DNA of 64,000 nucleotides, taken from Paragordius varius. Lineage: Eukaryota; Animalia; Nematomorpha. The notes under the pieces are model-generated. The model searched no databases. It was given only the letters and a program-made list of their open reading frames with translations, and was not told the origin of the DNA. Position 1 is the stretch's first letter; each line of letters begins with the position of its first letter. Positions 61,421-64,000 of this stretch are shown piece by piece. A program made the translations under genes and the position numbers. Location of the stretch: the NCBI GenBank assembly GCA_964247055.1, contig OZ176054.1:2046001-2110000 (forward strand), in the 5' to 3' direction.

Positions 61421-62820
61421 AACGCACATAACCATAACAATGGTTTTTAGTGATTTTAAAAAATCCCATACATTATTTATATTGTTGAGACTGTTTTGAT
61501 AAATAAGTATTTTAACCATTTTACAATGATACTAGACAATTATGTAAAATACTTCAGTTAAAAATACGTTTTTACAACAAACCATTGGTAAAACTGCGGA
61601 TCGGGAAATAATTTACTTGCCTTTAGAAATCAATATGAGATTGATGACACGTCAACTTTAAACTGAAGAATGATGCTATAATTAAATAAAAATTATGATT
61701 TTGATAAAACTCCTTAACTCTGGCTTAGCGGGACACATGCGCGGCTGGCAACAAAATTTATACATCGGGTATGTGTTAACAATTGTCATTTCTTAAATTT
61801 ATATAATATTATATACTATTTAACCCAGAGAACTTTAGGCCAAATTTAATTTTATAGTCCTTACTTCAAAACCATTAGCAACAGCTATACATCTTACAAC
61901 AATATTTAGGATATTGTGTTCATTGGAAATACTTTTCAACATAACCTGGGGATTTTTAATTTAACTCAATAAAAACTTTTTTTAACTTATATAAAACATA
62001 GATACTAGATTTTCTAATTATTTGAAAAAAGCTGTAATGTATTAGATTAGTCTCTGTATCAATAATTATTTAATTAATTTGGGAGAATAATGCCAATTGA
62101 TTTCTGCTTTTCTAACGGAAATAAAGGTCGGAAAAAGGGAAATAATAGTTTTAACAACTATATGATAAGATATGCGGTAAGGATCCCATTTGGTAGGAGA
62201 ATAAAGCTGAACGGTAAAAAGTCTAAAATACAAACAACCGCCGCTAATTCCAGTTACGGTAAAAATAGGAACAAATAATTAATTGTAAAAAATCGTTCAA
62301 AAAAGGTCATTTATGCCGACCAATGAATGCTCAAACAATGGGATTATTCCTCAATGATCTAGTATCAATATATTTTAACAAATATAGTCATTGCGGATTT
62401 GTATTGACCAAATTTTAATTTATTAAAATATTACATTTGTTAACCATGTTAAAAATTTTTGGCACAATTTATTTTGTATTAACAAGAGAAAAATAATATT
62501 GCTTTACAGTTTTAAAAGAGGATATTTGATAATAATATACATCTAGTAAAAATTTGATAATTTAAAATCTCCCATTCAAAATAAATTTAAGGGCAACACA
62601 AAGGGTATTATTATCTTAGGCAAAGTTTTTAATTGAAAACAATTATAACTTCCGAATATATTTTATTGTACTTATATTCTGATGTAAATTTCACGAACAA
62701 AGAAAAAGCACATATAAACTCTATTTCATATAAAATTATTTTATTACACCAGATTTCAAAAAATATTCATAAAAAAAATATATTAGGCAAATAATGTATT
62801 TATTGAATACAGATATAGGT

Positions 62821-62836
62821 AGCCCTAAAAAGGGCT
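62821..62836 (-). promoter_or_regulatory. Histone mRNA 3' stem-loop (H2B copy 2)
   Basis: CCCAAC AGCCCT TTTT AGGGCT ACC. Confidence 0.93.
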
Positions 62837-62900
62837 GTTGGGTGTTTAGTATAATGACATTATCGTCAATGTAGTAACAAAGCTATATAAATTTCAAAAT

Positions 62901-63266
62901 TTATTTAGAGCTCGTGTATTTGGTGACGGCCTTTGTGCCTTCAGAAACGGCGTGTTTAGCCAATTCCCCAGGTAACAAGAGACGGACAGCTGTTTGGATT
63001 TCCCGACTAGAGATGGTTGATCGTTTGTTGTAGTGAGCGAGGCGAGAAGCTTCAGCAGCAATACGTTCAAACAAATCATTGACGAAAGAATTCATGATGG
63101 ACATGGCCTTGCTAGAGATACCAGTGTCGGGATGAACTTGCTTCAAAACTTTGTAAATGTAGATTCCATAGGATTCCTTTCTAGATTTCCTTTTCTTGTG
63201 ATCTCCCTTGGCTACTTTAGGTTTGTGTGTCTTCTTGACGGCTTTTCCTGCTGGTTTAGGTGGCAT
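62901..63266 (-). CDS. H2B: Histone H2B, copy 2
   Basis: Protein identical to 52975-53340. Confidence 0.99.
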   Translation of the reverse strand: MPPKPAGKAVKKTHKPKVAKGDHKKRKSRKESYGIYIYKVLKQVHPDTGISSKAMSIMNSFVNDLFERIAAEASRLAHYNKRSTISSREIQTAVRLLLPGELAKHAVSEGTKAVTKYTSSK

Positions 63267-63503
63267 GTTTTATGAAATATTGTTAAAAAATGAAAGCGTG
63301 AAAAAAGACGATAATGAAGTAAGTTTTTTATTTCTCTATTTATATAAATTATGTAATGCAATATGTATGTAAATACCTCATCAACCAATAGAAAACCTAC
63401 AAATGTTTGCGCCTTTTACATAATGCATTGTTTTGTGTTTGCGCACTTTATTAGCCAATCAAAAAAGAGTATTATTTCCCTCTCTTTATCGCTCTGTATA
63501 TAA

Positions 63504-63890
<387 letters not shown>

Positions 63891-63970
63891 ATCCGGATTC
63901 AGTTTTGCAACTGTATACAAACTTGTCAAATATATACATCGTATTAATTTATACGAATACTTACCCCAAA

Positions 63971-63986
63971 GGCCCTTGTTAGGGCC
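63971..63986 (+). promoter_or_regulatory. Histone mRNA 3' stem-loop (H4 copy 2), variant loop
   Basis: CCCAAA GGCCCT TGTT AGGGCC ACC. Confidence 0.9.
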
Positions 63987-64000
63987 ACCTAAATAAATTT

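Overview
AT-rich, intron-containing animal (invertebrate) genomic DNA, so the ORF track misses most genes; I rebuilt exons by hand from GT-AG boundaries and frame continuity. The species cannot be identified from the sequence. Host genes in order: a 5'-truncated (SEA-EGF)n mucin-like surface protein (+, to 9415); a CLK/Doa LAMMER kinase (-); a secreted protein ending in a thyroglobulin type-1 domain (-); cysteine dioxygenase (-); an orphan 316-aa coiled-coil ORF (+); a serpin with a non-inhibitory-type hinge (-); a small unannotated Cys-rich gene (+); and five stem-loop histone genes (H4/H2B pair, lone H2A, inverted H2B/H4 pair; no H3 or H1). Mobile DNA: a Penelope-like element with a minimal hammerhead ribozyme at its 3' end, an RTE LINE abutting it, a mariner relic, four hAT elements with 8-bp TSDs (one nested pair, one carrying an inverted copy of its own transposase), piggyBac-like and TA-flanked MITEs, and LINE/PLE fragments. 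Best leads: the U3-A8 hammerhead with an AATT palindrome and a second orphan hammerhead; histone stem-loops with no shared U7 downstream element plus an SQ-tailed replication-type H2A; a candidate 23-nt intron, a 125-nt intergenic gap and an LGMMER motif at the CLK locus; and the hairpin-forming hAT.
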